In this document: positions 21,188 to 31,681 of the stretch, piece after piece
How positions within the stretch are numbered: the first letter of the stretch is position 1
Layout: the number at the start of each line of letters is the position of its first letter
IMG/VR virus record: IMGVR_UViG_3300007640_000027
Length of the DNA: 64,000 nucleotides
Reading direction: 5' to 3' (one strand)
Source of the DNA: a virus
Program-made: the position numbers and the translations under genes
Notes under the pieces: generated by a model
Seen by the model: only the letters and a program-made list of their open reading frames with translations
The model's database searches: none
What the model was told of the DNA's origin: nothing

Positions 21188-21215
21188 TTATTTTATTTTA
21201 AATATTTTTATAACT

Positions 21216-21620
21216 TTATCCATATAATTCAAGTATCACATCAAATTCACTTATACTACGATTAATAAGACTGAGTACTTTTGAATTCATTTGTTTAGCG
21301 ATAAAAGTTTTATAATCAAAAGCTAATGCGGTGTCTTGATCAAAGTCACTTGAGTACAACGCATAATTTTTAGCGAATTCAGTTACATCATTTCCTTCAT
21401 ATATTATTTCACCTACTTGAACAAGAACTTCTATGTCATTATTTTTTAGATCCCCTTGAATTACGATATTACTTGGAATTATTTTGGAACCTCTAAATCC
21501 ATATTCATACACAAAATCATTAAGATTAATTAGATTATTAATTCTTTGTGTGACATTTTCTTGTTCACTGATCATATCTTGTAATCTTAGATATTGAGAT
21601 TCATTTATTAAGAATTTCAT
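21216..21620 (-). CDS. Hypothetical protein with LINESQY leader
   Basis: ORF; late motif upstream. Confidence 0.65.
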   Translation of the reverse strand: MKFLINESQYLRLQDMISEQENVTQRINNLINLNDFVYEYGFRGSKIIPSNIVIQGDLKNNDIEVLVQVGEIIYEGNDVTEFAKNYALYSSDFDQDTALAFDYKTFIAKQMNSKVLSLINRSISEFDVILELYG

Positions 21621-21645
21621 AGTTCAAGTTTAATTAATAAATATA

Positions 21646-22083
21646 TTAAACTTTTTCTTTTTTTGTTTTATGTAGGGTAAAGTATTTATTTTTCATAAGA
21701 GTATATTGATAAATAGACTTTACAATGTCCTTTATTTTATCCCTGAGTGTGACTGATTTAAACTCCATATTTTTCTTGAAAAATAATGTCACCTCCAAGT
21801 TCATAAAACTTCTTTTTCCTGGTTGAATGCCGCTGGTTCGTAAATCCAAATCAACAATCATATTGTCTTCAAAAATTTCTTTATCAAGAACTTCAGATAA
21901 CATTAACCTTACATTTCTTTCTAAATTCCTTGTATTTCTGTTCCAATTATCATATTCTTCTTTTGGTTCCATCCACGTTTGAATTACAATATATATGGAT
22001 TTCATTTCTATGGAATCTACTGTTCCATAAGACGATTTAATATTTTTAAACCCCTTTAGTGTTGAAGTTTTTCCTTTTTTCAT
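21646..22083 (-). CDS. Hypothetical protein
   Basis: ORF track. Confidence 0.65.
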   Translation of the reverse strand: MKKGKTSTLKGFKNIKSSYGTVDSIEMKSIYIVIQTWMEPKEEYDNWNRNTRNLERNVRLMLSEVLDKEIFEDNMIVDLDLRTSGIQPGKRSFMNLEVTLFFKKNMEFKSVTLRDKIKDIVKSIYQYTLMKNKYFTLHKTKKEKV

Positions 22084-22192
22084 TTATTATTTTCATAATT
22101 ATATAGTTTATTTTGATTAAATTATATTAAAAAAAATAGGTTAAATCAAACAAATAATAAAATCTTTATATTTATCATCATATAAAAACTTT

Positions 22193-22384
22193 ATGCTAAT
22201 TATAAAAGTAAAAAATAAAGGAGGGATAGAAAGAGCCCTCAAGGAATACAAAAACAAGGTTTACAAAACCAAAATGCTTGAACAAATCAGAAACAGGCAA
22301 GAACACACCAAAAAATCAATTAAAAGAAGAGAAGAAAGACTTAACGCCATTTATATTCAAAAGAAAAAAGGGTCAGAAGACTGA
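22193..22384 (+). CDS. rpsU: Ribosomal protein bS21
   Basis: MLIIKVK..GIERALKEYK...RNRQEHTKKSIKRR...AIY54IQ aligns by eye with Flavobacteriia bS21. Confidence 0.9.
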   Translation: MLIIKVKNKGGIERALKEYKNKVYKTKMLEQIRNRQEHTKKSIKRREERLNAIYIQKKKGSED

Positions 22385-22391
22385 CCCTTTC
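22365..22391. terminator. Bidirectional terminator at end of rpsU
   Basis: aaaagggtcag-aaga-ctgacccttttc. Confidence 0.75.
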
Positions 22392-22393
22392 AT

Positions 22394-22600
22394 TTAAATC
22401 TTTTTGGAAAAGTGTTCAACTGCGGTTGCTCCTAGTCCAACCATTACTATTCCAACCATACCTTCCCAAACATATTCTTTTAAAGGTATCTCTTTAAAAA
22501 CATTCACTCCGAATGCAAGTGCTACCAATATAAATGCGATAAATGTAATTATCCTTTTGGAAGATCTGTTACCGTCAACATCATTTAAAAAATTACTCAT
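22394..22600 (-). CDS. Small two-TM membrane protein (holin-like)
   Basis: SSKR motif followed by two hydrophobic helices. Confidence 0.55.
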   Translation of the reverse strand: MSNFLNDVDGNRSSKRIITFIAFILVALAFGVNVFKEIPLKEYVWEGMVGIVMVGLGATAVEHFSKKI

Positions 22601-22811
22601 TTTTTAAAAATTTGTCCGATATATATTTTTTTATAATATCCATATTTTTGCTTGCGAAAATACCCAAAGCAAAACCTGCATAAATTTTGTATCCTAAAAT
22701 CCATAATACGATACCTAAGATACCACCACCCAAACCATCAACACCCATGGTTTGTGCCCAAGCCTTAACTAAGCCAATAACTTTTTTTACATATTCAATA
22801 ACATTTTTCAT
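22593..22811 (-). CDS. Small membrane protein
   Basis: Hydrophobic GLGGGILGIVLWILG...FALGIF. Confidence 0.55.
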   Translation of the reverse strand: MKNVIEYVKKVIGLVKAWAQTMGVDGLGGGILGIVLWILGYKIYAGFALGIFASKNMDIIKKYISDKFLKNE

Positions 22812-23542
22812 AATCCTGATTTTAAATTTTTGAGTTTATATAGGCTTATACCTGAAACTTCAGATTCATTAATTCTTTGAATTGATAATTCAATTTTCTC
22901 TTTTAATTCAGAATCATCAGATTCATTAAGCTTGGTGCTTAATTTTTCAATAACCTCTTCTTTTAATGATTCAATTTCTTTTTTGAGTTCAGATCTTGAA
23001 AGAGATAAAATTTCTTTCAATTCCTTTTTTTCACTTTCTGAAATATTTGAATATTCTTTGTTGAAAGTATTGGTTACGATCTTCAACATTGAGGAAATTG
23101 GAATTTGAGAATAACTAACATTCTCTACTAACTTTTCGGAAGATGTTAAAATGTTTTTTATATTTTTCTTGGACTCCAAAACTTTTTCAATATCTTTGAT
23201 GCCCTTTTTATATACGATATTATCAATGTCTTGGTAGTGATTTTCTGATGTGTCAGATAAATTTTCATTTAACCACATTTTAATTTCTTTAAGTTCTTCA
23301 GAAGATTTTTCAATCGTTTCTTTTAAAGAAATAACCATTTCATTAAGATACTCATCTACAATATCTTTAGATATATTTGATTTTTTACTTAATTTATCAT
23401 AACCGTGATAAATTTCAGCTATATTTTTATTCTTAATTACATTCTCATTAAAAACCTTCATTGTATTTTTAAATGATGGTTTTCCATATGAATTCACCAA
23501 AAGGTATTCAATATTACTTTTTATTTGTCCGAAAGTTCTCAT
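22808..23542 (-). CDS. Hypothetical head-module protein
   Basis: Directly downstream of portal; late motif upstream. Confidence 0.7.
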   Translation of the reverse strand: MRTFGQIKSNIEYLLVNSYGKPSFKNTMKVFNENVIKNKNIAEIYHGYDKLSKKSNISKDIVDEYLNEMVISLKETIEKSSEELKEIKMWLNENLSDTSENHYQDIDNIVYKKGIKDIEKVLESKKNIKNILTSSEKLVENVSYSQIPISSMLKIVTNTFNKEYSNISESEKKELKEILSLSRSELKKEIESLKEEVIEKLSTKLNESDDSELKEKIELSIQRINESEVSGISLYKLKNLKSGL

Positions 23543-23561
23543 AAGTTTTTATTAATAAATA

Positions 23562-25436
23562 TTACTTTTTTAAGATTCGTTCCAATTCTTTTTCTATATC
23601 ACCCAAAGATTGTCTTCCTTTTGATAAATCTATCGTTTGTGATCCACTAATAATATTGTCTTCTAAAATCAAATTTAAATCGTTTTTATTTACAGATTCA
23701 GGAGTAATTTCCTCACCACCACCTAATCCTCCGGCTTCACCGCCAGTCTCTCCACCAACTTCTCCCCCTAAGTCACCACCGAGGTCTTCACCACCTAAAT
23801 CACCTCCAATACTACCACCGAATCCTCCACCAATATCACTTGATGGTTCAGTAACTTCACCCGCAGGTTCACCTTCTGTTCCAGCAGGCGCTTTGGTTCC
23901 ATATAACTTATCAATATTTGAGAATATACCTGTTTTCTGAATAACCTCAGCTGTTTTTTCCAACTCAGATCCAACAGCCTTTTCAATTCGTTGTTGTTGT
24001 AAATCCAATTTAATTTCTTCATCAGAGAAACCAAGAATATGTTTCTTAGCCCACGATGATGATACAGGTTGTATTCCATTACCAGGATCACTAACCGCAT
24101 CTCTATATAATTGAATTTTTTGTTGCCAATTTTCAACCTTAAGAAGATCCGCTTGAGTTGAAGGATTTGTGAGACCTAATGTAAAATTATTAAGTTCATC
24201 TTCAAACCCCAATAAAAACAAATGAATAATTGCAATCTTATTCATTTCTTGAAGCATAGATTTTTGAATTCTATTTATAGTTCTTGCGAAACGAATATCT
24301 TGTAACGCCAAGTTTTTACCATCACCGACAACATCTTCAAAACCCAAAAATGCTTTTGGTACACGAAGAGCGGTGAGTAATTTTTTCTGTATGTATTCAA
24401 TATCTGCGATCTCAGACAAGTTCTGAGCGCCAGGTAGGGTATCAATAGGGTTTGGTGCGTTAGGGTCTCTAACGGGGATAAAAAAGTCCTGATCAACCGC
24501 CATTTGATTATACCTTAAGTCCACATTACCATTTGAAGGATCAACGATCTGATCTCTTTTAAATTTATTGGCAACTCTTTGTACATACGGCTCCACATCT
24601 TTGTCGTCCATATTACCAACAAAGATTTTAAAAACACGTCTTTCTGGTGCTCTTGATGTTCTATAAATTAACATCGCATCTTCAGATAAAATAAGTTGTT
24701 TCCAAATTCTTCTAGCTTTTTCCAACATAGACGTACCATAGGGTAATTTTCGGTCATCACCCAATAATCTAAAATGGGCGATTTCCCAAGTATTAAAGGT
24801 CATATCCTTATTCTGCCATAAGAATTTTAACGCATCGTTTTCAGTTTCGGTGGTATTCCTTTCAGGTTTGATTTTCATACCACGTTCTTGGCGAGTTATT
24901 TCAATATTCGGCAATTGTTGAGCACCCATAACTCCTTTAACAGGATCCAACTTCAAATAAACAAAGTTATCACCATATTTGCAAGTGTTTCGGGTCCACA
25001 TCGGAAGATTGGTACTGATGTCCAATCTGTTATTAAACAGATCGGCAAGAATAGATTTTATTCTTTTACTTTCAGAATATATTTGCAAAGTAAAACCATC
25101 TTCATCTGTTGTTGTAGATTCTTCAGCATAGATATCCAAAGCCGCAGAAATTTCAGGAGTATACTCCATAGATTCATAATCATAAAAAGATGCCAAACGT
25201 GTGGGTTCATAATAAACCGCTTGAGAATATAAATTATTTTCAATCTTTTGCCATTGCTGACCCAAATATAATGTTTGTTGGCTTTGAAGTTTTTCTCTTT
25301 CAAATTCTTTTTTGTCTGGTGTTTTTAAGATTTCTTTTTTATCAAACTTAAACACCGGTGCTTGCTGATCAATTGTTGAATCAGGACCAAATACTTTGGT
25401 AAGACGTTGCCATATTGTGAAATTATTTTCAGCCAT
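23562..25436 (-). CDS. Portal protein (T4 gp20-like)
   Basis: EDAMLIYRTSRAPERRVF, DFFIPVR, IDTLPGAQNL, LRVPKAFL. Confidence 0.96.
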   Translation of the reverse strand: MAENNFTIWQRLTKVFGPDSTIDQQAPVFKFDKKEILKTPDKKEFEREKLQSQQTLYLGQQWQKIENNLYSQAVYYEPTRLASFYDYESMEYTPEISAALDIYAEESTTTDEDGFTLQIYSESKRIKSILADLFNNRLDISTNLPMWTRNTCKYGDNFVYLKLDPVKGVMGAQQLPNIEITRQERGMKIKPERNTTETENDALKFLWQNKDMTFNTWEIAHFRLLGDDRKLPYGTSMLEKARRIWKQLILSEDAMLIYRTSRAPERRVFKIFVGNMDDKDVEPYVQRVANKFKRDQIVDPSNGNVDLRYNQMAVDQDFFIPVRDPNAPNPIDTLPGAQNLSEIADIEYIQKKLLTALRVPKAFLGFEDVVGDGKNLALQDIRFARTINRIQKSMLQEMNKIAIIHLFLLGFEDELNNFTLGLTNPSTQADLLKVENWQQKIQLYRDAVSDPGNGIQPVSSSWAKKHILGFSDEEIKLDLQQQRIEKAVGSELEKTAEVIQKTGIFSNIDKLYGTKAPAGTEGEPAGEVTEPSSDIGGGFGGSIGGDLGGEDLGGDLGGEVGGETGGEAGGLGGGEEITPESVNKNDLNLILEDNIISGSQTIDLSKGRQSLGDIEKELERILKK

Positions 25437-25480
25437 TTAAAATTCTTTTTATATAAATACTAATAAAGAGTTATTTTTAT

Positions 25481-27256
25481 TCAACCTTTATATCCAAACA
25501 ACCAACCATATTTTTCATAATTCTCTTTGGTATGGTTATTTGCATATGGATTATGTGTTTGTTGGTTACCCATAACAGGTACACCAGGATTAAAATCTCT
25601 AGCAGTATTTTTTGGCTCACTTTCCTGTACCATCCAACTATCCATCATCGCTTTGGTTTGATTATCCACTTTTTCCAATTTAGAAAAAGATGTTTCACCC
25701 ACATAAATCGCCATCGCAATTGCCATAATCAAATCATCATGCTGACCCTTTTGGTGATCTGGTCTTCCGTTTATATATACAAAGGTACCGATCTCATTTA
25801 ATAACCTTTGAGACCGAATAACAAAATTGTGTCTTAACGCTTCCTCAAATGATGCAACAATCTGAACTCTTTTTGTGTTAAAATTTATGCCAGGTATTTT
25901 TTCCATTGCCTTTGGATTATACTTCCACTTATCAGCAACATTTGTACCATCAACATATAAATTTTTATAACCCAACTCTTGCATCTTACGAGCAGTAGAT
26001 ACCCCCATACCTCCCGTGATATCAATTACCACAAAACAATTATACATTGTCGCCCATTTATATGCGACCTCAGCCGCAACATCAGGTGGTATCTTACCCA
26101 CATATTCTAATACCTGTTCCCTATCATCAAAATCAATAATAGAAAAAGTTGTAAAGTCTTCGCTATCACCACGTGAAACATCCAACCCCATAATATATTT
26201 TTTCCCATTTTCAGGTTCCTTCCATTGCCAAATGGCACCACCCATAAACTTATTAATCGGATCTTTAATATCCCTCTCACGAATTCTTTCCACAACATCA
26301 GGTGGAATAACATTATCCCCCGATCCAAGAAAATTACATTCCAATTCCTGACTGATCTTACGTCTGTCAAATTTTAGTTTTTTAGCCATCTTCTCAAACC
26401 AAGAAGAATATGGTTTATAACCATCAGACATTAATCTTTTGATTTCAGAAAAATCCCTTTCTCTCGGAGCAATATTTGTGAAATCAATTATTATCTCATC
26501 ATCATTATATTCTTCTCTGTTAAGCATATAATGAACAATATCTTTGACCTTTATTAGTTTTAAGTCACTGGCATAGCGAGGATCACGGTACCAATACATT
26601 TCCGTGACCTTAAAGTCATTCATTTTCTTAAGTGACTGATCGTATATAGGATAATAAATTGAATCAAAACCATTTGGTGTGGAAATTACAATTACTTTAC
26701 CACCTGTAGATAATGATGCCATACACGCAGACCAGAAATCGTCATCTGCCTCAATGTAGGCGGCCTCATCAAAAATCAACATCGTGGGGGTATAACCTCT
26801 TAATGCATCTTTTGATGTTGCAACGGCTTTAACTTCACAACCATTAGTTAACCTGTAGTGACCAGCACCATTTTTCTTTGCATCAAAATCAATACCCAAC
26901 CAAGATGGCCATTGATCCAAAAAGGAACGGATTTTCGTTGACATTTCAACGGCAGTATCCTTTTTGTTTGCAATAATTAGAATTTTTTCAGGTTTGGATT
27001 TGGATGCGGTTACGAGTTTTTTGGATACCCAAGCCGCAGTTACTGTTGATACACCCGCTTGTCGGTATTTCAACGCAATATTTTCATCATAGTTTTCGTA
27101 GTCATTAACCAAAGAAACCTGATCATTAAAAAGGTTTAATGGTACGAAACTTGATTGTGTATTATCAAAAGTTTTTAGATAAGTCTTAAGAGCATATGGA
27201 GTATCTTTAACAATTTTTGCATATTCCAATAATGCTTGTTCTCTTGTTACTGACAT
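25481..27256 (-). CDS. Terminase large subunit (T4 gp17-like)
   Basis: KYRQAGVST, LIFDEAAY, ISTPNG, GLDVSRG, HDDLIMA. Confidence 0.96.
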   Translation of the reverse strand: MSVTREQALLEYAKIVKDTPYALKTYLKTFDNTQSSFVPLNLFNDQVSLVNDYENYDENIALKYRQAGVSTVTAAWVSKKLVTASKSKPEKILIIANKKDTAVEMSTKIRSFLDQWPSWLGIDFDAKKNGAGHYRLTNGCEVKAVATSKDALRGYTPTMLIFDEAAYIEADDDFWSACMASLSTGGKVIVISTPNGFDSIYYPIYDQSLKKMNDFKVTEMYWYRDPRYASDLKLIKVKDIVHYMLNREEYNDDEIIIDFTNIAPRERDFSEIKRLMSDGYKPYSSWFEKMAKKLKFDRRKISQELECNFLGSGDNVIPPDVVERIRERDIKDPINKFMGGAIWQWKEPENGKKYIMGLDVSRGDSEDFTTFSIIDFDDREQVLEYVGKIPPDVAAEVAYKWATMYNCFVVIDITGGMGVSTARKMQELGYKNLYVDGTNVADKWKYNPKAMEKIPGINFNTKRVQIVASFEEALRHNFVIRSQRLLNEIGTFVYINGRPDHQKGQHDDLIMAIAMAIYVGETSFSKLEKVDNQTKAMMDSWMVQESEPKNTARDFNPGVPVMGNQQTHNPYANNHTKENYEKYGWLFGYKG

Positions 27257-27275
27257 CCATAATTTTAATTAAATT

Positions 27276-28544
27276 TTATGAAAGAGAGATACCTAAATCA
27301 CCCAATAAATTATCTAGTGCATCGTCCTCATCATCATCTTCCATTGCACTCATAGCATCTTCATAGTCTTCCATTTGAAGTTGCTCAATGATATCATCAA
27401 CCATACGGTTCATAATTTGAGTACCTCTTTTGTCTCCACTTAAGATATATTTTGCCAATTCAAAGAATTCATCAGTAGTTAAAGATGAAAAACGACTAAA
27501 TAAATAAGATTGAATGATCTTTTTATCATCATCAAATAATCTATCAGGATATGCTTCAGTAAATTTCTCCCAGAAAACAGGTCCCAAACGTAAATCCCAT
27601 ATTTCATAAGGTAAAGTATCTTGAGATGCCATTACCATTTCTGCCGCCTTAGGATCATCAGGTAACCCTTGTGTACCCAAAGCTTCATATACACCTTTTA
27701 TGATTTCGTGTACCAAAATTGGAAAAAATAACCCTTTAGCAATAATTGTTGGTGGGTCAGTTTCATCATCAACTTCTTCTTTACCTTCCATTGCTTGTCC
27801 ACCTTCAGCCGCAGACATTGTCATTTGATCCGGCAAGATCCAATAAAGTAAATCATTTACTGACATTACAACACCATAAAGATTTAACAAACGTGGATTG
27901 ATTTTATTTAATTCTTCCTCCACCATATGAAACATATAATGTCCCTTTTTGGATGCACCTTGAATAAGTGAATTAACAAAACGTCTTTTTGCTTTTTCCA
28001 AATCAAACTTTTCAAAAGCGGCAATGAAGTTTTCCAAATCATCTTCGGCCTCATCTTCAGAAACTCCAAATTGTTCCACCACATCTTCATCTTCTGGTTC
28101 AACAGAAGTAGTTTGCATACCTGATGTACCTATTTGTCCACGACCTGACATTATTTCAACATCATATTGAAATGCATCATCCGGAATACCTAATTCTCTT
28201 TTTACTAAATCAACTGCAAGTTGTTCCAAATATCCTTCATTATTAGATTCAATTTGTTTTATCTCTTGAACAGATCTCATTAACATAGAACCAAGGTTCG
28301 TAAGTTGGTTTTGACTTACAGATTCCATACCTGTATATCTTTTAACCTTATCTACAACATCTTTGAATCTTTTTGACGCCAATAATTGCTCAAATGAATT
28401 ATCTTCTTCATCGTCTTCATCCTTGCGAGGCAAAGCAGGACTTTGAGAAAATGGTGTTTCACCTTTTTCTAATTTTGATTGTATTGAAGGATCCATTCTT
28501 TCTGGTCCTTCGTATTCTATCTGTTCTTTAATCTTCTTACTCAT
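27276..28544 (-). CDS. Hypothetical acidic head-region protein
   Basis: 422 aa ORF upstream of terminase. Confidence 0.7.
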   Translation of the reverse strand: MSKKIKEQIEYEGPERMDPSIQSKLEKGETPFSQSPALPRKDEDDEEDNSFEQLLASKRFKDVVDKVKRYTGMESVSQNQLTNLGSMLMRSVQEIKQIESNNEGYLEQLAVDLVKRELGIPDDAFQYDVEIMSGRGQIGTSGMQTTSVEPEDEDVVEQFGVSEDEAEDDLENFIAAFEKFDLEKAKRRFVNSLIQGASKKGHYMFHMVEEELNKINPRLLNLYGVVMSVNDLLYWILPDQMTMSAAEGGQAMEGKEEVDDETDPPTIIAKGLFFPILVHEIIKGVYEALGTQGLPDDPKAAEMVMASQDTLPYEIWDLRLGPVFWEKFTEAYPDRLFDDDKKIIQSYLFSRFSSLTTDEFFELAKYILSGDKRGTQIMNRMVDDIIEQLQMEDYEDAMSAMEDDDEDDALDNLLGDLGISLS

Positions 28545-29841
28545 CTTTAAATTTAATATTTAAATTATCAAATGAAAGAAATTCAGGAACTTTATTATCA
28601 CCTGATTCTCCTTTCGGATTTGGTTTGTGTTTTGGTTTAAAAGGATTTTTTCTTTCTGGTTTTTCTTTTGTACCAGGTTTTACTCTTGTAGGTGCGGTTT
28701 CCACATCACTACTACCTTTTGGTTTTGGTTTGTGTTTTGGTTTGAAAGGACTTTTTCTTTCAGGTTTGCTCGGAGTTTTTGTTGGAATAACTACCGGTGC
28801 TTCTTTTGTACCAGGTGTATTTTCCAATAAATTCAATAAATCTTTTTTTGTCATACTTGGTTTATTCTCACTTTCCAACAAAGATAAGATTTTATTTTCC
28901 AATTGTCTAACTTTTCTTTTATAAGATTCATTTTTTACCTTTTCAGGTAATTTGCTAAAGTCTTTTGTATCATCAGCAAACTCACGTGCCATTTTACACC
29001 ATTTTGATTTTGGTCCCTCTTCTTCACATTTTGCAAAGAAATAACCTTGTTGTGCTTTTGAACGGAATTTTTCCTTCATTTCTTCTTTTTCAAAAATACC
29101 CATTCCATCATCACTATCATTAAAACCATCATCTTCCCCAGGTCCCATATCTAAGTTACCACCCTTCTCATAAGGATCACGACCTGACATCTTATCTAAG
29201 TCCAATGATGATTGACCCTCAAACATACCTAATGTAGTTATAGGGGTCTTCATTTTTTTTGAGTGTTTCTTACCTTCACCCATTTCTATTTCTTCTTCAC
29301 CTTCAACCGCCTTACGGATGGTATCAACGTGTCCTTGAATATAACTGTGTTCATCTTCCAATCCCATCATCTCTGCCATATCCATAATTTGCTCAGCCAA
29401 ATTCTCGGCAACAACCATATAACCTTCATCAGTACCGGTCTCGTCATCTTCTAATATATGTTTTTCAATATAAAATAAAGCATCTTGTAATTTCGCTGTT
29501 CTTTCAGCCAAATCCATATCCTCTACTTTATCTTCAATATTTGCGTATAATTCAGAAGCACCAGGACAAACATCAAAATATTTTGTTTGATATGAACCAA
29601 CAGTAATTTCTTGTGGATCATCCTCCTCATCTTGCTCTTCCAAATTTGAGGCAAGATTGTTTAAGTCCTCTTCGGTTGATTTAATAGCATTTTTAAGTTG
29701 CATAACTTTTTCTATTTTGGCATCCAAATCTTCTTTAACCAATCTTTTATGTAATGCTTTTATTTGATTCTTACTTAAAGATTTTATGGTTGAAATTGAA
29801 AAACCTTCATTGATTAAATCGTTTAATATATTAGTTTTCAT
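28537..29841 (-). CDS. Hypothetical modular protein with Lys/Pro C-terminal repeat
   Basis: KPERK[SN]PFKPKHKP[KN]PKG twice; many I/L-x-E sites. Confidence 0.7.
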   Translation of the reverse strand: MKTNILNDLINEGFSISTIKSLSKNQIKALHKRLVKEDLDAKIEKVMQLKNAIKSTEEDLNNLASNLEEQDEEDDPQEITVGSYQTKYFDVCPGASELYANIEDKVEDMDLAERTAKLQDALFYIEKHILEDDETGTDEGYMVVAENLAEQIMDMAEMMGLEDEHSYIQGHVDTIRKAVEGEEEIEMGEGKKHSKKMKTPITTLGMFEGQSSLDLDKMSGRDPYEKGGNLDMGPGEDDGFNDSDDGMGIFEKEEMKEKFRSKAQQGYFFAKCEEEGPKSKWCKMAREFADDTKDFSKLPEKVKNESYKRKVRQLENKILSLLESENKPSMTKKDLLNLLENTPGTKEAPVVIPTKTPSKPERKSPFKPKHKPKPKGSSDVETAPTRVKPGTKEKPERKNPFKPKHKPNPKGESGDNKVPEFLSFDNLNIKFKDE

Positions 29842-30241
29842 CTTCTATTAAATTTTTTTCATATTTTAATATAATATCTCTTTCATAGAGTTTGTCTTCC
29901 ACCGATTTGATATCTTCACCAAACCTAAAGACCAATCGTTTTAAATTTGTTGGAATTTGTGAATCATCGTCGTCTATCTCCCAAGCCAACGCGATCACAT
30001 CATCCATGGCGTCATACATAGAAAAAAAATCTGATTCTTGGATCAAATTTAATTCAATGTCAGAATTTTTAAGAACACCTACCTTCTCTATATAATTAAT
30101 TTGGGGTGGGAATGGTTTTCCTGATGCAGGTTGACTATCCCATTCTTCACCCCAAATGTCTTTTTGTTTAGAAAAAATAAATTCGTAAATGTTTTGACCG
30201 TTATAATTCGGACCCAATCCATTTACATATATTAGTTTCAT
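29831..30241 (-). CDS. Hypothetical protein
   Basis: Coupled ORF. Confidence 0.7.
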   Translation of the reverse strand: MKLIYVNGLGPNYNGQNIYEFIFSKQKDIWGEEWDSQPASGKPFPPQINYIEKVGVLKNSDIELNLIQESDFFSMYDAMDDVIALAWEIDDDDSQIPTNLKRLVFRFGEDIKSVEDKLYERDIILKYEKNLIEDEN

Positions 30242-31452
30242 AGCAATTCCCCTTTTGGAGAAATTTTATATGTTTTGTCTCCTTTTTGGAAAACCAAATT
30301 TTTCATATTAGTTTTTCCAATAAATGTTAAATCATTATTTTCTTTTAATAATGAATTTGAAGCCATTTCTTGTTCAACTGTTTCTGATAATCTTTGGATT
30401 TCTTTATTAACAGATACTTTTTTCACTTTTGATTGAATAAAGTTTTTAACTTGTTTTTCTTCGTTAATCTTTTTTTCTTCTTCAGTGATTACAAAATATT
30501 TTGAAATGATTTTATCTATTTTTGATTCAGAAAACATATGATCCATTTCTTTATCTTCCATATCCTCAGATAATTCAGTTTCAGGTTCTTCTTCGTCCAT
30601 GTCTAAATCAAGATCCAAGTCAAAATCCTCATCACCCGCTTCAACATCAATTTTTGCTTCATCATCCACACCATAATCAATATCTTCTTCTGGTTCTTCA
30701 AATTTTTCCAAAATTTCTTCTCTATCTTCTTCATCCAAATTTTCCAAATCCAATGCAGATAAGATTGAGTTAATAACATATTTCATATCCGAAGATCTGA
30801 TACCCATTGCTTGATCAAATGAACGAAGTTTTTGAGCCAATTTTCCTGTTAACTTTTGAATGGTCTTAAATGAAGTTTCTTCTTCATCTGATTCAACATC
30901 AACATCAACTTCTTCTTCATCACCCATTTCTTCATCACCTTCAGGTGCTTCCATATCCAAATCTAAGTCCAAATCCATTTCTTCTTCAGATCCTTCTTCA
31001 TCACCCATATTTAAGTCCAAATCCAAATCAGTTTCGTCTGGTGTTGGTTCTTCTTTTGGTGCTTCAACTTCAGCCTCAGGTGTTTTTAATACAAATTTCT
31101 TTTGCTCACCAATTAAATCAACCCCTTCTTGATTCTCGTGAATTCTATTCAATTCACCAGCCAATAGGTTGATTTTTTTCATTGCTTGAGAAAATGATTT
31201 GTGATATTTTCTATTTTTCATCGGTTCAATATAATCCAACTCGGATTCATTGATTCCTTTTTTAACTATATAACCTACTTTTTCTTTTACGATTCCGTAG
31301 TAATTTCCGTCTGCCAATTGTATTGTATAGTCCGCAGAGGTATTATTTGATTCAGTCAAAGATTCTTTGCCATAATTGGCGATTTCCATGATCCTTCTTA
31401 ATTTATCAGATCCTTCTAATCTTTCACTTCCTAAAGGTTTTAAATCTCCCAT
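30238..31452 (-). CDS. Acidic hypothetical protein (scaffold-like)
   Basis: D/E-rich DLDLDLD linkers similar in composition to the scaffold. Confidence 0.7.
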   Translation of the reverse strand: MGDLKPLGSERLEGSDKLRRIMEIANYGKESLTESNNTSADYTIQLADGNYYGIVKEKVGYIVKKGINESELDYIEPMKNRKYHKSFSQAMKKINLLAGELNRIHENQEGVDLIGEQKKFVLKTPEAEVEAPKEEPTPDETDLDLDLNMGDEEGSEEEMDLDLDLDMEAPEGDEEMGDEEEVDVDVESDEEETSFKTIQKLTGKLAQKLRSFDQAMGIRSSDMKYVINSILSALDLENLDEEDREEILEKFEEPEEDIDYGVDDEAKIDVEAGDEDFDLDLDLDMDEEEPETELSEDMEDKEMDHMFSESKIDKIISKYFVITEEEKKINEEKQVKNFIQSKVKKVSVNKEIQRLSETVEQEMASNSLLKENNDLTFIGKTNMKNLVFQKGDKTYKISPKGELL

Positions 31453-31467
31453 TTTTTTAATTTTTTT

Positions 31468-31617
31468 TTAAGAATAAAGGCCGTTTCCTCCCAATCTAAC
31501 CATAGAACATTGGATTGATGGCTCCCCATTATCATCACTAAAGATTGGATGTGGTGTTTCGGTACTCCCCGTATACACCTTGTACTCCGTTTGTGCTGTG
31601 CAACCAGTAACTGCCAT
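31468..31617 (-). CDS. Small late protein (49 aa; not in ORF track)
   Basis: Hand-translated MAVTGCTAQTEYKVYTGSTETPHPIFSDDNGEPSIQCSMVRLGGNGLYS; two TATTTATA motifs upstream. Confidence 0.65.
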   Translation of the reverse strand: MAVTGCTAQTEYKVYTGSTETPHPIFSDDNGEPSIQCSMVRLGGNGLYS

Positions 31618-31681
31618 AATTAGTTTTTTATAAATAAATATATCCTAAATATAGAATTTCTTATAAATATAACAATAAAAG

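Noticed and set aside
22218-22226. AAGGAGG inside rpsU as a regulatory SD
   Set aside because: It lies within codons 9-11 (KGG), with no suitably spaced start codon downstream.
16901-27256. Introns or inteins in capsid, portal or terminase
   Set aside because: ORFs are uninterrupted and of expected size, with no intein motifs noticed.
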